The notes below the pieces were generated by a model. The model made no database searches. It was given only the letters and a program-made list of their open reading frames with translations, and was not told where the DNA came from. Positions 42,661 through 55,817 of a DNA stretch of 64,000 nt are shown one piece after another (the first letter of the stretch is position 1; every line of letters starts with the position of its first letter). The position numbers and the translations under genes were made by a program. Origin of the DNA: the human T2T-CHM13v2.0 reference genome, Homo sapiens; assembly GCF_009914755.1 (NCBI RefSeq), contig NC_060925.1; one strand, written 5' to 3'.

Positions 42661-44964
42661 AAGAAACTGTAGTGGTCAATGATGGAGAACTAGGGAATGG
42701 AGTTAAAAAAAAAAAAAAAGAACTTATTTTTGGTAGCTTCACTTATTTCTTAATATGTGAACAGATAGCAAGGAATATAGTGTATGAGATTCAGAGTTAT
42801 ACAGACCTGCATTCAAATCCCAGCTATGCCACTTACTAACTGTTTGACCTTAGGCAAATAACATAAACTCTCTGAGTTTCTGCTTCCTCATGGGTAAAAT
42901 GAGAATAATAATATGGCTAGTATATGTGCACATGCATTATGTATTTGTTTTTAATTAAATGGGATGTACAATACATTTACAACTTTTTTTCACTCACTAT
43001 TGTGTTGTTCAAGATTTGTCCATCCAGCATGCTAGTTATCCACTCTGTAGTGATGGCCATCTAGGATGCTTCAATAACCCCTGGCAAAGATGCATATGCA
43101 TGTGTGTGTCCCTGTACAGGACTTGGAAACAATTGCTCTGGCATAAACATCCAGTAGTTGAAAGTACAGTTATGGGATAAGTATTGCCAGATTGCTCTCT
43201 AAAAAGAATACACCATTTCTTCTTTCACCGGAGAAACAAATGTTCTTTTTCAGCATCTTTTTGCTGACACTTAGTGTTTTCTGACTCTACTTTTTCATAT
43301 GATGGGTACAAAGTGGTGTCAGACTTGTTTTTTAATAGTAGTAGGGTTGAACACTATACATTGACCAGTTTTCAGGTTTTTTCATTCTATGAATACAAAA
43401 ATATATGTAATTTATATTAACATAAATTTGTTGCTTATCACTGTTTTAATTAGTTTTTTGTTTTTATTGATTGTAAATTTGTTGGTGTCCCCTGAATGTT
43501 CTAGATACTACTTCTTTGCTGGGTTAATACATTTAAAATTTCTTTCAAAATCTCTCAGCTTTTTGTTATCACATATGCATGTGTGTATATATATTATAAT
43601 GTTGAATATTCTACATATACCGAGATGTAGACATTACATCAATTTTACGTGCTATAACTAGCTTTGCCAAATCACCTGTATTTTGTGGATCGGGAGATTC
43701 TCTTAATGAAAAGAAATTCAACAATTTTCCCTCTATCATGTGTGATTTTTTGGAGTCTTCTTAAAAACATCTTTCCCACACCAAGATAACAAAGATGCTC
43801 TCCTATATGGTTTATTTGGCCTTTCTGAAAAGTAACCAGTTGCAGAAGAGACTCATTCAGGCTAAATCAATAAATACAGAAGAAGCATCACTTGATTACT
43901 ACAGCAGCTCAACACTAAGGAATATGATGGTTGTTTTGGTTAAATTTTACTCAAAGTGATTCAACTTAAGCTTCGAAAATAAAAAGTTTAGGCCAACAAT
44001 TACCCAGCACCTAGTCTCTGCCATGTGTGGACTGAATCTCCAAAGCCATGTTGGAGTTGGAAAGAGCTAATGGGAGGAATGAAGCGCGAGTCATGCTGAG
44101 TTCAACTCAGGATTCTTGGCATGCTCTACAAAACCCTGCTGTCCGGACTGCCCACAGAGTCACTGGGGCAAAATGACCAACAAAACTGTAAAAGTGTGTC
44201 TTGTGGAAACAGCCATTTTAAAAAACGCTTTGATGGTGACAGGAATGCATGTGTCAACCGTGGATCAAGAGAAGAATAATCACACTTTGTAGCAGATCTT
44301 AGACACACACTGCTTGCTTGTGGTGAAAGTCCTAGAAAGCTACTTGCGGAGCTTAACAGCTTCTACTTTGTAACTATCTAGTTACCTGGAACCTTTTTAA
44401 AGGTAGAGATCATGTATTACTTGTTTGACTTCCTAACACGCAGCACAGTGCCCATTGCAGAGTAAATGCTTAGCTAATATTTGCTAATGGGATAACAGCA
44501 GCAGATTAGTGCAGGGAGCAGCTTCATCATCTGTCTATGCAGCAAGGCCCCTCATTCTGCAAGGTTGTGTTGACATAAGTTCACTGGAAAAACCCTAAGG
44601 TCTTCCAATGAATAGTCAGTCACTTTCATGTTTAAAAACCAGAGAAGAGTGCAAAGCACCTAAAGCCATAGATAAGTTTATCAGCCTAGGTAGCTGTCAC
44701 CTAGCATTGGCTCCAAAGGAATGACATTATATAAGACAGTAGAAATTGGGGATGAGGGTGTGGGCCTAAGGGCAAAGGTAAAAGAAGGAGACAGGTTAAA
44801 GGAAAAAGAAATCAGAGTACCTTAGGGGTACTTTTTTGGAGGACAAAAAAGATGGTTCTGTATCAGTGGATATTCAGACTTCTGGGCCTGTTGGACTATG
44901 AGAGCGTTTCCTGTGTATCTATTGCGTACGGCAGTTCAGAAGCAGTAAGTAAATGGTCTTTGTT

Positions 44965-45425
44965 GTTGTTTTTTTAACATACTATTTTTAGAGCAGTTTT
45001 AGGTTCACAGTAATACTAAGCAGAAGGTACAGAGATTTCCCAGGTACCCACTGCTCCCACGCAAGTATAACCTCTCCCACTATTCATATCCTGCTCTAGC
45101 GTGGCACTTGTGTGACAATTTACGGAACTCCATTGACACATCATTATCACACAAAGTTCATAGTTTACATTAGGTTTACCCTTGGTGTTGTGCATTCCAC
45201 GGGGCAAATGCATAATGTCAGGTATCCACTATTATAGTGTCATACAGAATAGTTACACTGCTCTAATAATCTTTACTCTGCCTATTCACGCCGTTCTCCC
45301 TTCAACTCTTGGAAATCATTATCCTTTTACAGTCTCCATGGTTTTGCCCTTTCTGCAATGTCATATAGTTGGAATCACATATATCTAGCCTTCTCAAATT
45401 GGCTTCTTTCATTTAGTAATATGCG
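44965..45425 (-). mobile_element. L1MC-type 3' fragment
   Basis: tttttagagcagttttaggttcacag...gcagaaggtacagagatttccc, typical of an L1MC 3'UTR. Confidence 0.7.
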
Positions 45426-47789
45426 GGTTCTGGGGGATTCAGATTTCCTTACCTCTTTCTTCTACTGCCTTTGGATTATTTTCCCTGAATCTCTTCCTGT
45501 AAACTTTCACGTTTATAAACTTTTTTTCCCTAAATAACTTTCACTCACCTCTGGAAGCACTCACTGTGTGTTGCCTCTTGGAAATCCAGCCTTGTCCCAA
45601 AACGAGAATATGTAAACATAGCTGTTTATTAATTCTTTCTCTTTTTCTGTCTTCCTCCCTCTCTCTGTCTCTGTCTCCCTCTCTGTGTTTCTCTCTGTTA
45701 GTTCTGTAGAGAGCGCTTCAACTCTTAAAATCCCTCTGCTGCCCTCACGTGGACATCTGCTGAGAAGCACGATGTCCTCGAAACTGAAGGCCAAATGGGG
45801 GAATTGGTGGAATTATCACCTGTCTCCCACCAATGGGCTCCTGGTGCTGCAGCCAGGACTTTGACCCACAGTCACAGCTTTTCCAGGTCTTTGGCTTAAT
45901 TTGATAGACTCAGCTCGTCTCCTGGGGGTGCTGGTAGTACATGAGTAGTTCTTCCTTATGTTCTTGTCTCAGTACCAAGGTCTGGAGTCAAAGGAGAAAG
46001 CAAAAGCAATTTCTTCATTAAAGTGCATGAAGCTTCTCCATGTAGATAGTTGATAGCTCACTTTGGAATGGAAAGAGCTGCCACCTGTTGGACTGTTTCT
46101 AGCTGGGATCAGGACGGTCCTTGTCTGGTGTCCAGATTGACCTTCATCCTGGGCACGAGAGAGTTCCTGTGGGCCCTTTCTGCTGTTGCTTTATTTTTCC
46201 TCCAGGTGTGAGACACCATGCCAGGTCCCCTCTTAAATGTTTTTAACACGGCAAGAATGTCTTTGTGCAGTAGGACAATTCTTTTCTCCCTTTCAACATT
46301 GTAAATAGAAATATTTTAAACATACAGTACAGTAAAAAGAATAGAGCGATGAACACCCACATAACTTTGATCAGGATTAAAAATGTGTTAATATTTTGGC
46401 AAACTTATTCTGTCTCTGCACACTTTCTATGATGAACCATTTAAAAGTAATTTGAAGACTTTGTCATACTTCATTATTAAATATTTCAGCATGCATCTTC
46501 TTAGGATGAGTATATTTTCCTAAATAAACACATTGCTATTGGCATACCTAGGAAAGTTAGTAATAATAATAATTCTCTAATATAACTTAATAATCTGCCC
46601 ATATTTAAATTTCCCTTTTGTCTTTAAAGATACTTTTGTAGGTACTTGGTTTACACATATTAATAGTTTTGAACCAGGATAAAAACAAGGTTTATACTTT
46701 GTATTTGCATATCTATTAGAATTCAATCCAGAAAGCTAGTTTAAAAAATTATTATTCATTTTCAAGTCACATTGATGGTCTCAAAAATGCAGACCAGTTT
46801 TTTTTATGTCCCTCAGGATCTGCTTCCCTATTTCCACATGGTGTAGTTTGCCTTGTTTTTCTTTCTCCTCTGTTGGCCATAGACTGGCAACTGGATCTAG
46901 AACCTTGCTCAGGTTATGTGATTATAATCACTGATAGTCATGATTCTTTGTGATGTTCCCATTGTCCGGAATTTGTCTGCAGCGAGTGTCTGTAAGCTAG
47001 CTTCTGTCCCTTTTTCATGTGATCCCGTTAATCTCTGAGTGCGCTTTTGCTTCTTGTCACAGGAATATGTCACAGCCACACCTTGTGTTTTCTCCCTATT
47101 CCTGGAACCTGAGATTTCTCCAAGGAGCACTGCTTTGTTTTCTTTTTCTTAAAGTGGGTAAAAATTATTTGCAAACAAAAATATAGATGCTGGATTTACT
47201 CATTAATATTAGAGTGCTATTTCTTCAAGAATCTTTTAGTGGTCTAAACCAATATCTATATCTATACCCACATAGATATAGATGTAATTTTATTTTTCAA
47301 CTCAAATTTATAAGGTTTCTTCTTCTTTTATTTTTCTATTTGTATTTTAAACATATAAAAACCAAAATACATGAGGAAAAATTTAGATGTTTTTTCCTGC
47401 TGCAGCAAGGAAGAATGCAACCATAGAGAACCATAGGGCATCCAAAAGTGGGGAGGTAGAAAGGATACAGGGGTTTGGGGTTAAAATAGGATGATCTTGG
47501 CAGGAACTGGTCAGAATTTATAAACTAAGTGAGTTACTGCCACAGTCAGGAGTTTCACCTTTAGAAATCATGGGTTCCTGATGAGTTGTTAGATCAGTAG
47601 ACCTGTCTGCTCTTCAAGAAGCTATGTAGCTGAATGAGCTGGTGTTAAAAAAAGTTTGAGCTTGGCCAATTTGTTTTGCATGCTATGATTTGGTGCAGTT
47701 TATTTGTTTTGTGAACCGCAGAACAGTTTTGCAAGTTAAGGTTTTTATTTCAATTATCAATTTCCCCTACCTGCAAACAAGAATATTTA

Positions 47790-48945
47790 TTTATCTATTT
47801 ATTTTATAAACAGTTTCACTGAGGTATAACTGACATATTTTAAATGCATTAATTTATTATATATAATTTAATGAGTTGCATACACTTAAAAAATTGTCAC
47901 CACAATCAAGGTAATAGATATACCCATCCCCTCCAAGTTTCCTCATGCCTGTTTGTTGTTGCTGTTGCTATTTGCTTATGTTTTGTAACAGCATGTAACA
48001 TGGATCTAGCCTCTTAGCACATTTTCAAGTGTATAATACAGTATTTTTAACTATAGCTATGCCCTATGGTTCTTATGTTGTACAGTGGATCTCTAGAATT
48101 TACTTATCTTTATGACTGAAACCTTATACCCATTGAATATACTCCCCATTTCCCTCCCCCCGAACTCTTGGCAATCAGCATTCTATTCTCTGCTTTTATG
48201 AGTCTATTTTAGATTCCACATATAAGTGAGGTCATGCAATTTTTGTCCTCTGTAACTGGCTTTATTTTTTTAGCATAATGTCCTTCAGGTTTATCCATGT
48301 TGTTTCAAATGACAGAACACACTTGTTTTTTAAAGTTGAATAATTCTCTCTCTCTCACAGACACACACACACATACACCAAATTTTCTTTATCTATTTAT
48401 CTGTTGATGGACATTTGTGTTTTCTCATATCTTGGCCATTGTGAATAATGCTACAGTGAACATGGGAGTGCAGATATTTCTTTAAGATTCTGATTTTTAT
48501 TCTTTTGAATATATTCCTAGTAGTGGTATTGCTGGATCATGTAGTAGGTAATTTTTTGGGAAACCTCCATACTGTTTTGCAGCGTTGCCTCACCATTTCA
48601 CATTCTCAACAGTGTAAAAGGATTCCGGTTTCTCTATATCCTTATCAATGCTCATCTATTTTTTTGTAATAGCCATCCTAACAGGTAGGAGGTGATATAT
48701 CACTATTGTTTTGATTTGCATTTCTCTGATTATTAGTAATGTTGAGAACCTTTTCAATATATTTTCAAAATATTGTATTTTATTTCTGAGCTCTCTATTC
48801 TGTTTCATTCATCTATGTGTCTATTTTTATGCCAGTTCCATACTGTCTTAATTACTGTAGATTTGTTATACATTTTGAAATCAGTAAGTGTGATGCCTCC
48901 AGCTTTGTTCTTCATTCTCAGGTCACTTTGACTATTCTGGGTGTT
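47790..48945 (-). mobile_element. L1MA-type 3' fragment
   Basis: gaggtataactgacat...ttttagattccacatataagtgag...gatgcctccagctttgttc. Confidence 0.75.
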
Positions 48946-49019
48946 TTGTGCTAAGCTCCTGGCTTGACTTCATGGACCATCCAATATATGCAACCCCATA
49001 ATTAACACATTTTCTAGTT

Positions 49020-49350
49020 TCCCTATCTAAAGCTTTAGACATCTTGGGGCTTTGCTGATCCTGGAGAGACTGACCCTCCCTGGGCTTGCCAGTTCTTAGA
49101 GATACTACAGGATTCTCCTGCAAGTGTGCCTTTCATATGCAAACCAACCAACCTGGAGCCCACACCCCGCCACTTTCTCTGTTGGCTCTCATTCTCTGGG
49201 CCACTATCCATCTGCCCTACTCACCGAAAGGCCAAATATCAAAAGTAAGAACAATCCCTCTGCCCCAGAGCCCACTGAAATTATTCCAGCTAGCCAGTCC
49301 TAAACCTGCTTGCCCTGCTAGTTCTAGTTCACAGTTGCTCTCGACATTTA
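49020..49350 (+). mobile_element. LTR40-like ERVL LTR fragment
   Basis: ttagagata...cctgcaagtgtgcctttcatatgcaaaccaaccaacc resembles the recalled LTR40 core. Confidence 0.5.
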
Positions 49351-49820
49351 CTCCAGTTCTTTGCCTCCTTGACTGCAATTGGAACCACCTGGAGGTGGGG
49401 CGAGGCTTTAAAAAAACACTCACACTCACCCTCAACTCTAGACTTACTAAATCAGAGTCTCTGGTGATGGATCAGAGCTCAAGTTTTTAAGGAGAACCTC
49501 AATTGATGTTTATGTGCAGCAAGTATTAAGAATCACTGGTTTAGTCTTATAACATCTAAAGGAGGCCTCCTACTAGACTCTTTACTTTAGACAAGCTCTG
49601 GTCTTTGACTTTTGGCCTCTTCATAAATGCCTTCCAAACTGAAGGTCACATTCCCTTGGTTGGCAAATGCTATTAGAAAAAAAACAGCTTCAATACTCCA
49701 CTTAACTCTTTGGGCGTTCACCTTCCCTTGGAATTTGGTCTTTAAGATCATTCATGACAAATTAGTCAATTTTTAATATTGCTTTTGAAAATATTAAACA
49801 TTTTTGAATCCAGAATTTTC

Positions 49821-50116
49821 CTTTTTTTTTGAGATGGAGTCTCGCTCTGTCGCCCAGGCTGGAGTGCAGTGGCACAATCTCGGCTCACTGCAAGCTCTGC
49901 CTCCCAGGTTCACACCATTCTCCTGCCTCAGTCTCCTGAGGAGCTGGGACTACAGGTGCCCGCCACCACACCCGGCTAATTTTTTTGTATTTCTAGTAGA
50001 GAGAGACAGGGTTTCCCCCTGTTAGCCAGGATGGTCTTGATCTCCTGACCTCGTGATCCGCCCGCCTCGGCCTCCCAAAGTGCTGGGATTACAGGAGTGA
50101 GCCACCGCACCTGGCC
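49821..50116 (-). mobile_element. AluY
   Basis: Reverse Alu with TSD cagaatttt (49811-49819 and 50117-50125). Confidence 0.92.
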
Positions 50117-50466
50117 CAGAATTTTACATTTTTAACACAAGTCTTTGTCTGAATAGAGTATTCAGATTAGTCTACCACACTCCCCAAATCCTCAGCCTAA
50201 GTTATTGCCAAAACTCATGTCTGCTCATTCTGCCACTTGCTTCTGTTCTCAAATCCATTTAGCAGTGCAGCCATGGTAGACAGTCCCAGCATGCTGCTAT
50301 GTCCTCTGTAGAGAGTCTTTCTCCTTTTCTCACTCAGATGTTTCTCCAAGCTGTGAAAGGGTGTCTATTTTGCCCAAGGGCAGCTTGTGAATTCAAAATA
50401 GTTAAAGTCCCTGGGGATAAGTCTCAACCAATGGAAACTGTGGGTTGTTGGATAAATAGTCCACAT

Positions 50467-50622
50467 CAAGGGTCCCAAACCCCCAGAGCATGGTCTGTTA
50501 GAAACTGGGCCACACAGGAGGTGAGTAGGGAGAGAGCACTAAGGCCTGAGACCTGCCTCCTGTCAGATCAGCAGCAGCATTAGATTCTCATAGGAGCTTG
50601 TACACTGTTATGCACTGCACAT
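50467..50622 (+). mobile_element. MER1-type DNA transposon fragment
   Basis: gggtcccaaaccccc...ctgggccacacaggaggtgag...cctcctgtcagatcagcagcagcattagattctcatagg. Confidence 0.65.
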
Positions 50623-51124
50623 TCCACCTTCTATGTCCATGTATGCAGATTTTTTAGCTTCCACTTATGAGTAAGAATGTGGTATTTGACTTTCGGTTTC
50701 TGAGTTGTTTCACCTAAGATAATGAACTCCAGTTCCATCCATGTTGCTGTAAAAGACATGGTTCATTCTTTTTTTAAACCAGTAATATCTTTAGCTCTCT
50801 CTCTTTCTCTCTCTCTCTTCTGTGTGTGTGTGTGCATGTGTGAACACATTTAAAATATCAAAAGTTCTTCACTAACAAAAGACCCCAGAACTCAAGAATT
50901 CCCACTAAGAGAAAAATGCTTAAAATATTCTTGGTTTCTAAGGCTTTGCTTATGTGACTACTGTAGATTTCCTGTTTTTCTTGTGTGCCTAGGAAACTAA
51001 AGCCACCTGGGAACGGTATCAAGAAGAAAGCCTGTGAAGCCTTCTAAGATGGGAAAGACAAAAGAAAGCTGGCAGGATTGTGCTTGCTAAGGTGTGACTG
51101 TGCAGTATCTGTGGCTTTTTCTGA

Positions 51125-51365
51125 CCTCCTCCCACCCCTGCACCCAACACCCATCCTCAAACTCACATCGGATGATTCAGGCATGGCTCTGCTAACACTT
51201 TATTAAAAGCATGGATTAATTTTACTTCCAAGTTTATTTTTACTGCACCATCCCATTTGTGGAAACAACTAGCTTACTCAGCTTTTTTTTCCTTTTATAA
51301 AGGAAAGAACAGAAAAGTAAAAGGAGGAAAGAAAACAAGAGGTGAGTGAGGCAACTGAAAACTGT
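51125..51365 (+). promoter_or_regulatory. GBP6: Probable GBP6 promoter
   Basis: Unique sequence upstream of the exon-1 donor, with CACCC boxes (51130-51155), TATAAA at 51296-51301 and degenerate IRF-like purine runs (agaaaagtaaaagg; gcaactgaaaact). Confidence 0.55.
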
Positions 51366-51392
51366 TCTTGGACCTGCGGTGCTATAGAGCAG
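51325..51392 (+). other. GBP6: Probable non-coding exon 1 of GBP6 (5' end uncertain)
   Basis: Strong donor gagcag|gtatgt at 51392/51393 downstream of a TATA box. GBP genes have a non-coding first exon. Confidence 0.6.
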
Positions 51393-51882
51393 GTATGTTC
51401 ACTTTCTTTTAAATGCAACTTAGTTCCTAACTCAAGACTTGGTTTCTGATTCAGAGTGGTAACTGAGGAATGGGCAGGAAGGGCAGGGTGCCTGCTGCCT
51501 GGCCTGCAGGAGTCTGTGGCTGGCTTTAGTTCTGGGGAAGCTCAGCTTCTCCACTTGAACCAGTGACAGCCGGGCACGCCGCGTCCCCCTGGATGTGCTG
51601 TTCCCTGATCATCAACTCAGGACAGCAGTGAGTGGCCTGGAATGAGCCCTGGTGGGCGCCTGCCTGGCTATCTCTCTCAGGTCCTGCGGCAAGCCCCAGA
51701 ATGCAGAGAACAAGGAGCTTCCAGGCAATTATACCGGAAGGGAGAGTTTCTTGTCTATCTTTCTAGTGGTCACACTTAGGAAAGCTTCAGAATAAGAGCT
51801 CTATAAATCTCTATGTAGAAATAAACTTAGGCCCCACATCACTGGTCTTTATTACTTAAAAATAATTATATAGTCCAAACTC

Positions 51883-51947
51883 TGTGTGTGCGTGTGTGTG
51901 TGTGTGTGTGTATGTGTGTGTGGGGAGGGGGTGGGGGAGGAGGGGGG
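51883..51947 (+). repeat. (TG)n microsatellite followed by a G-quadruplex motif
   Basis: TG repeats 51883-51921, then gggg-a-ggggg-t-ggggg-agga-gggggg. Confidence 0.85.
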
Positions 51948-52052
51948 TGTTAGTTTCCCATAGGAACATCAGAGTCTCTTGTAGCTCTTGCTAAACAGAT
52001 GGATACTTAGGCCTGGGAATCTGGGTTTGAACAATCCTCTCAGTTGATTCTT

Positions 52053-52429
52053 TAAAAAAAAAAAAAGATGAAGAATAGACACTATGTTTAAAATAAAAAA
52101 GATTTTTTTAAAAACCACCATGTCCCATGGTGGTTTGCTGCACCTATCAATCCGTCATCTAGGTTTTAAGCCCCGCATGCATTAGGTATTTGTCCTAATG
52201 CTCTCCCTCCCCTTGCCCTCCACCCACTGACAGGCCCCAGTGTGTGAGTTTCCCACCCCCACCCCCAGCGCCAACCCCCCGCCGCCCGTGTCCACATGTT
52301 CTCATTGTTCAACTCCCACTTACCAGTTAGAACACGCAGTTTTTGGTTTTCTGTTCCTGTGTTAGTTTGCTGAGAATGGGATCTAATTAAAGAGCTTCTG
52401 CACAGCAAAAGAAACTATCATCAGAGTGA
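52053..52429 (-). mobile_element. Short 5'-inverted L1PA7-like insertion within a MER5 fragment
   Basis: Minus-strand L1 3'UTR (~52118-52375) plus a plus-strand ORF2 piece (52375-52429). TSD tcagttgattctt / tcaggtgattctt. Confidence 0.75.
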
Positions 52430-53949
52430 TCAGGTGATTCTTATGTACATCAGAGTGTGAAAACCAGTCCTGAATAGGATTGAACAGCTGTATTTCATTT
52501 AGTAGAAGTTAAAAGGTCTGTGGTTCCCACACAGCTAAGAAACCAGAGACCTGGTTTATATAAAGTTGTTTGCAGGAGCAGCCACATCTTCCTAGAGCTG
52601 CCTTTATTGTTCACTTTAAAGAAGGGACTGTACAGTTGCAGTCACTGTAATGTGATGAACACGTTACACATCACATTACAATGCATTTCACTGTGGAAAT
52701 CAGGACCTCGTGTTTGATCTCCATTTTCCTTACTCCCCTCAGTGAAGAATCAGACAAGAGCAGGTTGTACAGCAACAGCGTGCTTGAACTTTACAGTTTT
52801 GCTTCCGTGAAAAATTTATTTGTAGTTTTTGTTTCTTAGTAACTTATAGTTTGTATATTTTGTTGAAATATATAATCTAATGGACCAATTGTTATTGTAA
52901 TTATTGTAGTAACCTCCATTTAATTCAACATTTACTGAAATCCTATTGTGTGGTGCATGCTATGCAAAGATATAAACTTATAATGTCTCGTTTTATTATC
53001 AAAACACCCTCCAGGTTGGATGTATGATTTAACTCACAGACCCCTATAATTAACAGGCTCAGCTAGCTTGACCTCCTTGGTCAAGGCCACATAAGTAGTG
53101 AATGATAGAGCTGGTATTTTTGGTGGCATTAGATGCATCTTGAGTGTCTGACATATCAATTCTAAACTGAGTATTTGAGGCATTTGAAGACAATATTATG
53201 TTTACATTTTTCTAATTATAAGGAAATACAGGTATCATAGAAAACCATTTTAATATAATGGCAATAAAAATGTGCCAGGAGACCTACAGAATAATTGTAC
53301 TTTCAATACTAAATTTATGGAATTAAACTTCACCTCTAAAAATATTACAATTAAATCCCATATGCCTTTCACCTCGATTCACCCAAAAGTGACATTGACT
53401 TTATCTCTCAAAAAGAAATCTCTCTAACTTATCTATTAATATGTATGTACATAATTTATCTCTCTCTCTAGATATCTATAATTTATCTCCATAAATAATA
53501 TGCAATATTATATGTATTGTTATTCTTATTCTTTTTCTTATTCTTGTCTGTGGGAGTAAATTGCAGAGAACCTGACCCTTCTAGGCTACGTATTTCAGCC
53601 TGTACTTGAATTCTTTAGATTCTGGACATTCTCCTGCTTCCCTTTTGGAAAGATAGCCTGTATTCTCTAGAGTTTTCTCATCCCATAGTGGATCCTTTCC
53701 CTTCTCCCTTCTATTCCCATCACTCTTCCAAACCTGTAGATAAAAGACAAACATATAAGGTCACACTGATGCATTAGAGAACAAGTTTCAGTATATGATG
53801 ATCATTAAAAAGTTACTGCAGGTTGTCGATCAAAAACCTTATAGCATAACCACTGTCTTTGAGGTAGGTTATTTTGACAGATAAGTGGTTGCAGTAGCAT
53901 AACACAGAGGAATAGGTTGCCCGATTATCCAGGCTTTTGTCTTTTACTC

Positions 53950-55010
53950 TCTTTTTTGTTGGTAAAATATACATAATAAAATTACTATTTTACTAATTAA
54001 GAAAATACTTCGGTGACATTAGTTGTGCAGCTATCTCCAGAACTTCATCATTGTAAACTGAGACTCTCTACCTTTAAACAATGATTCTGCATTCCCTCCT
54101 CCCCCAGCCCATGGTAGCTACACTTCTACTTTCTGTCTCAATGTATCTGATTATTCTAGTACCTCATACAGTATTTGTTCTTTTGCGCCTGGCATATTTC
54201 ACTTGGCATAATGTCTTCAAGGTGATCCATGTTGTAGCATGTGTCATAATTTCCTACATTTTTATGGCTGAATAATAGCTGATTGTAGGTATATACAACA
54301 TTTTGTTCATCTATTCATCTGTTTAGAGTCATTTGAGCTGTTTTCATCTTTTGGCTATTGTGCATAATGCTGCCATAAACATTGATGTACAAATATCTGT
54401 GTGAGTCCCTGCCTTTAATTTTTTGGAGTGTATATGTAGAAGTAGAATAGCTTGATCAAATGTTAATTGTATGTTTGGTTTTCCAAGGGACCATCATACT
54501 GTTTTCATAGTGACAGTACCAGTTTGCATTCCATGAACAGTGCACACAGGTTCCAAATCCTCAACATCCTAGCTAACACCTGTTTTCAGTTTTGAAGTTT
54601 TGGGCTTTTTAAAAAAAATAACAGTCCTAATGGGTGGGTCTAACATGTACCTCACTGTAGTTTTGATTTTCATTTACCTAGTGATTAATGATGTTGAGCA
54701 TGTTTTCATGTGCTTATTGGCCATTTCTTCTTTGGATAAACGTCTAGTCTACTCTATCCATTTTTGAATTTTTATTTTTGGCTATTGTTGCTATTGAGTT
54801 TTAGGAGTTCTTTATGTGTTCTATCAGAAACATGATTTGCAAATATTTTCTCCCTTTCCATAGATTGCCTTTTTACTCTGTTGATAGTGTTCTTTGATGC
54901 ACAAAAGTTTTTAATTATGATGAAGTGTGGTGTATCTAATTTTTTTCACTTGTTTCCAGTGGTTTTGATATCATACACAAGAAATCATTGTGTATGACAT
55001 ACCAGAAATC
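53950..55010 (-). mobile_element. L1MB-type 3' fragment in GBP6 intron 1
   Basis: ggtaaaatatacataataaaatt...catcttttggctattgtgcataatgctgc...tttgatgcacaaaagttttta. Confidence 0.75.
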
Positions 55011-55817
55011 CAAGGTAGGCAGAACAGAAACCAGAACAGGTAGCTCCCAGTCAGGTTAGTGTGTTACAAATAAGGTCTTCTTTGCTCCCTCCACTTCAAG
55101 GGAGAGAACTGGGAAGTGAAAAACCACCTCCTCCAAACTAAGACTATGTCACTGAGTGGAGTGGGCAGAACTGGCAAACAAAATGCCATGAAATCGCCTA
55201 CCATTTTGAATATGCCTTTTAAAAATATTGGACATTTGCCTGGTTGCTATAGACTTATGACTGTTTTCCAGAGCTCCTATAAGATCATTTTAGCCATTTT
55301 TTTAAAGTTGTTTTGTGATGTCTCCAAGGAGAGAAAGACTTAGAACTTCCTAGCCTGCTATTTTAATCAATTGTCCAGGTTTGTAAGCCGGGTTCTATGA
55401 TTTCTGCATTCATCCTTTGTAAGACTCGTGATATCATTTGTGTATTTGTGGCTATAATAATCTACAACTTGCAGATTTTTGTGTCAGTGGGGTTGGATAC
55501 TTAAGGCATGCATCACAGGACTTGGAGTATTAGTGGGCCCCCTATTATGGTAACAATTACTTGGATTTTAATAGTACTACTGAAGTAAAACTTTAAAGAA
55601 GATAATGTTCCATGTTTCATCACTTAATATCATTACAGATTTGGGAGAGTGATAAAAGAAGCCTTGTGCAGTCAGCTAATGCTAGATTACATGTTGTCCA
55701 GTAGAAACACAGAAGTCTCATTAGTCCTATGTTGATGGGTGCTTGGGAAACACTGAGACAGAGAATGACAATGTAACGTTATTTCTACTGGGAGGCTCTT
55801 CTAGGTTGGCAGTTGCC

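Noticed and set aside
45636-45710. Long pyrimidine tract ending in AG as a hidden exon acceptor
   Set aside because: It is a CT-rich low-complexity repeat with no convincing downstream frame or homology.
52803-52811. GAS-like TTCCGTGAA in GBP6 intron 1 (also TTCTGGGGAA at 51530)
   Set aside because: TTC-N3/4-GAA occurs every few kb by chance and has no supporting context.
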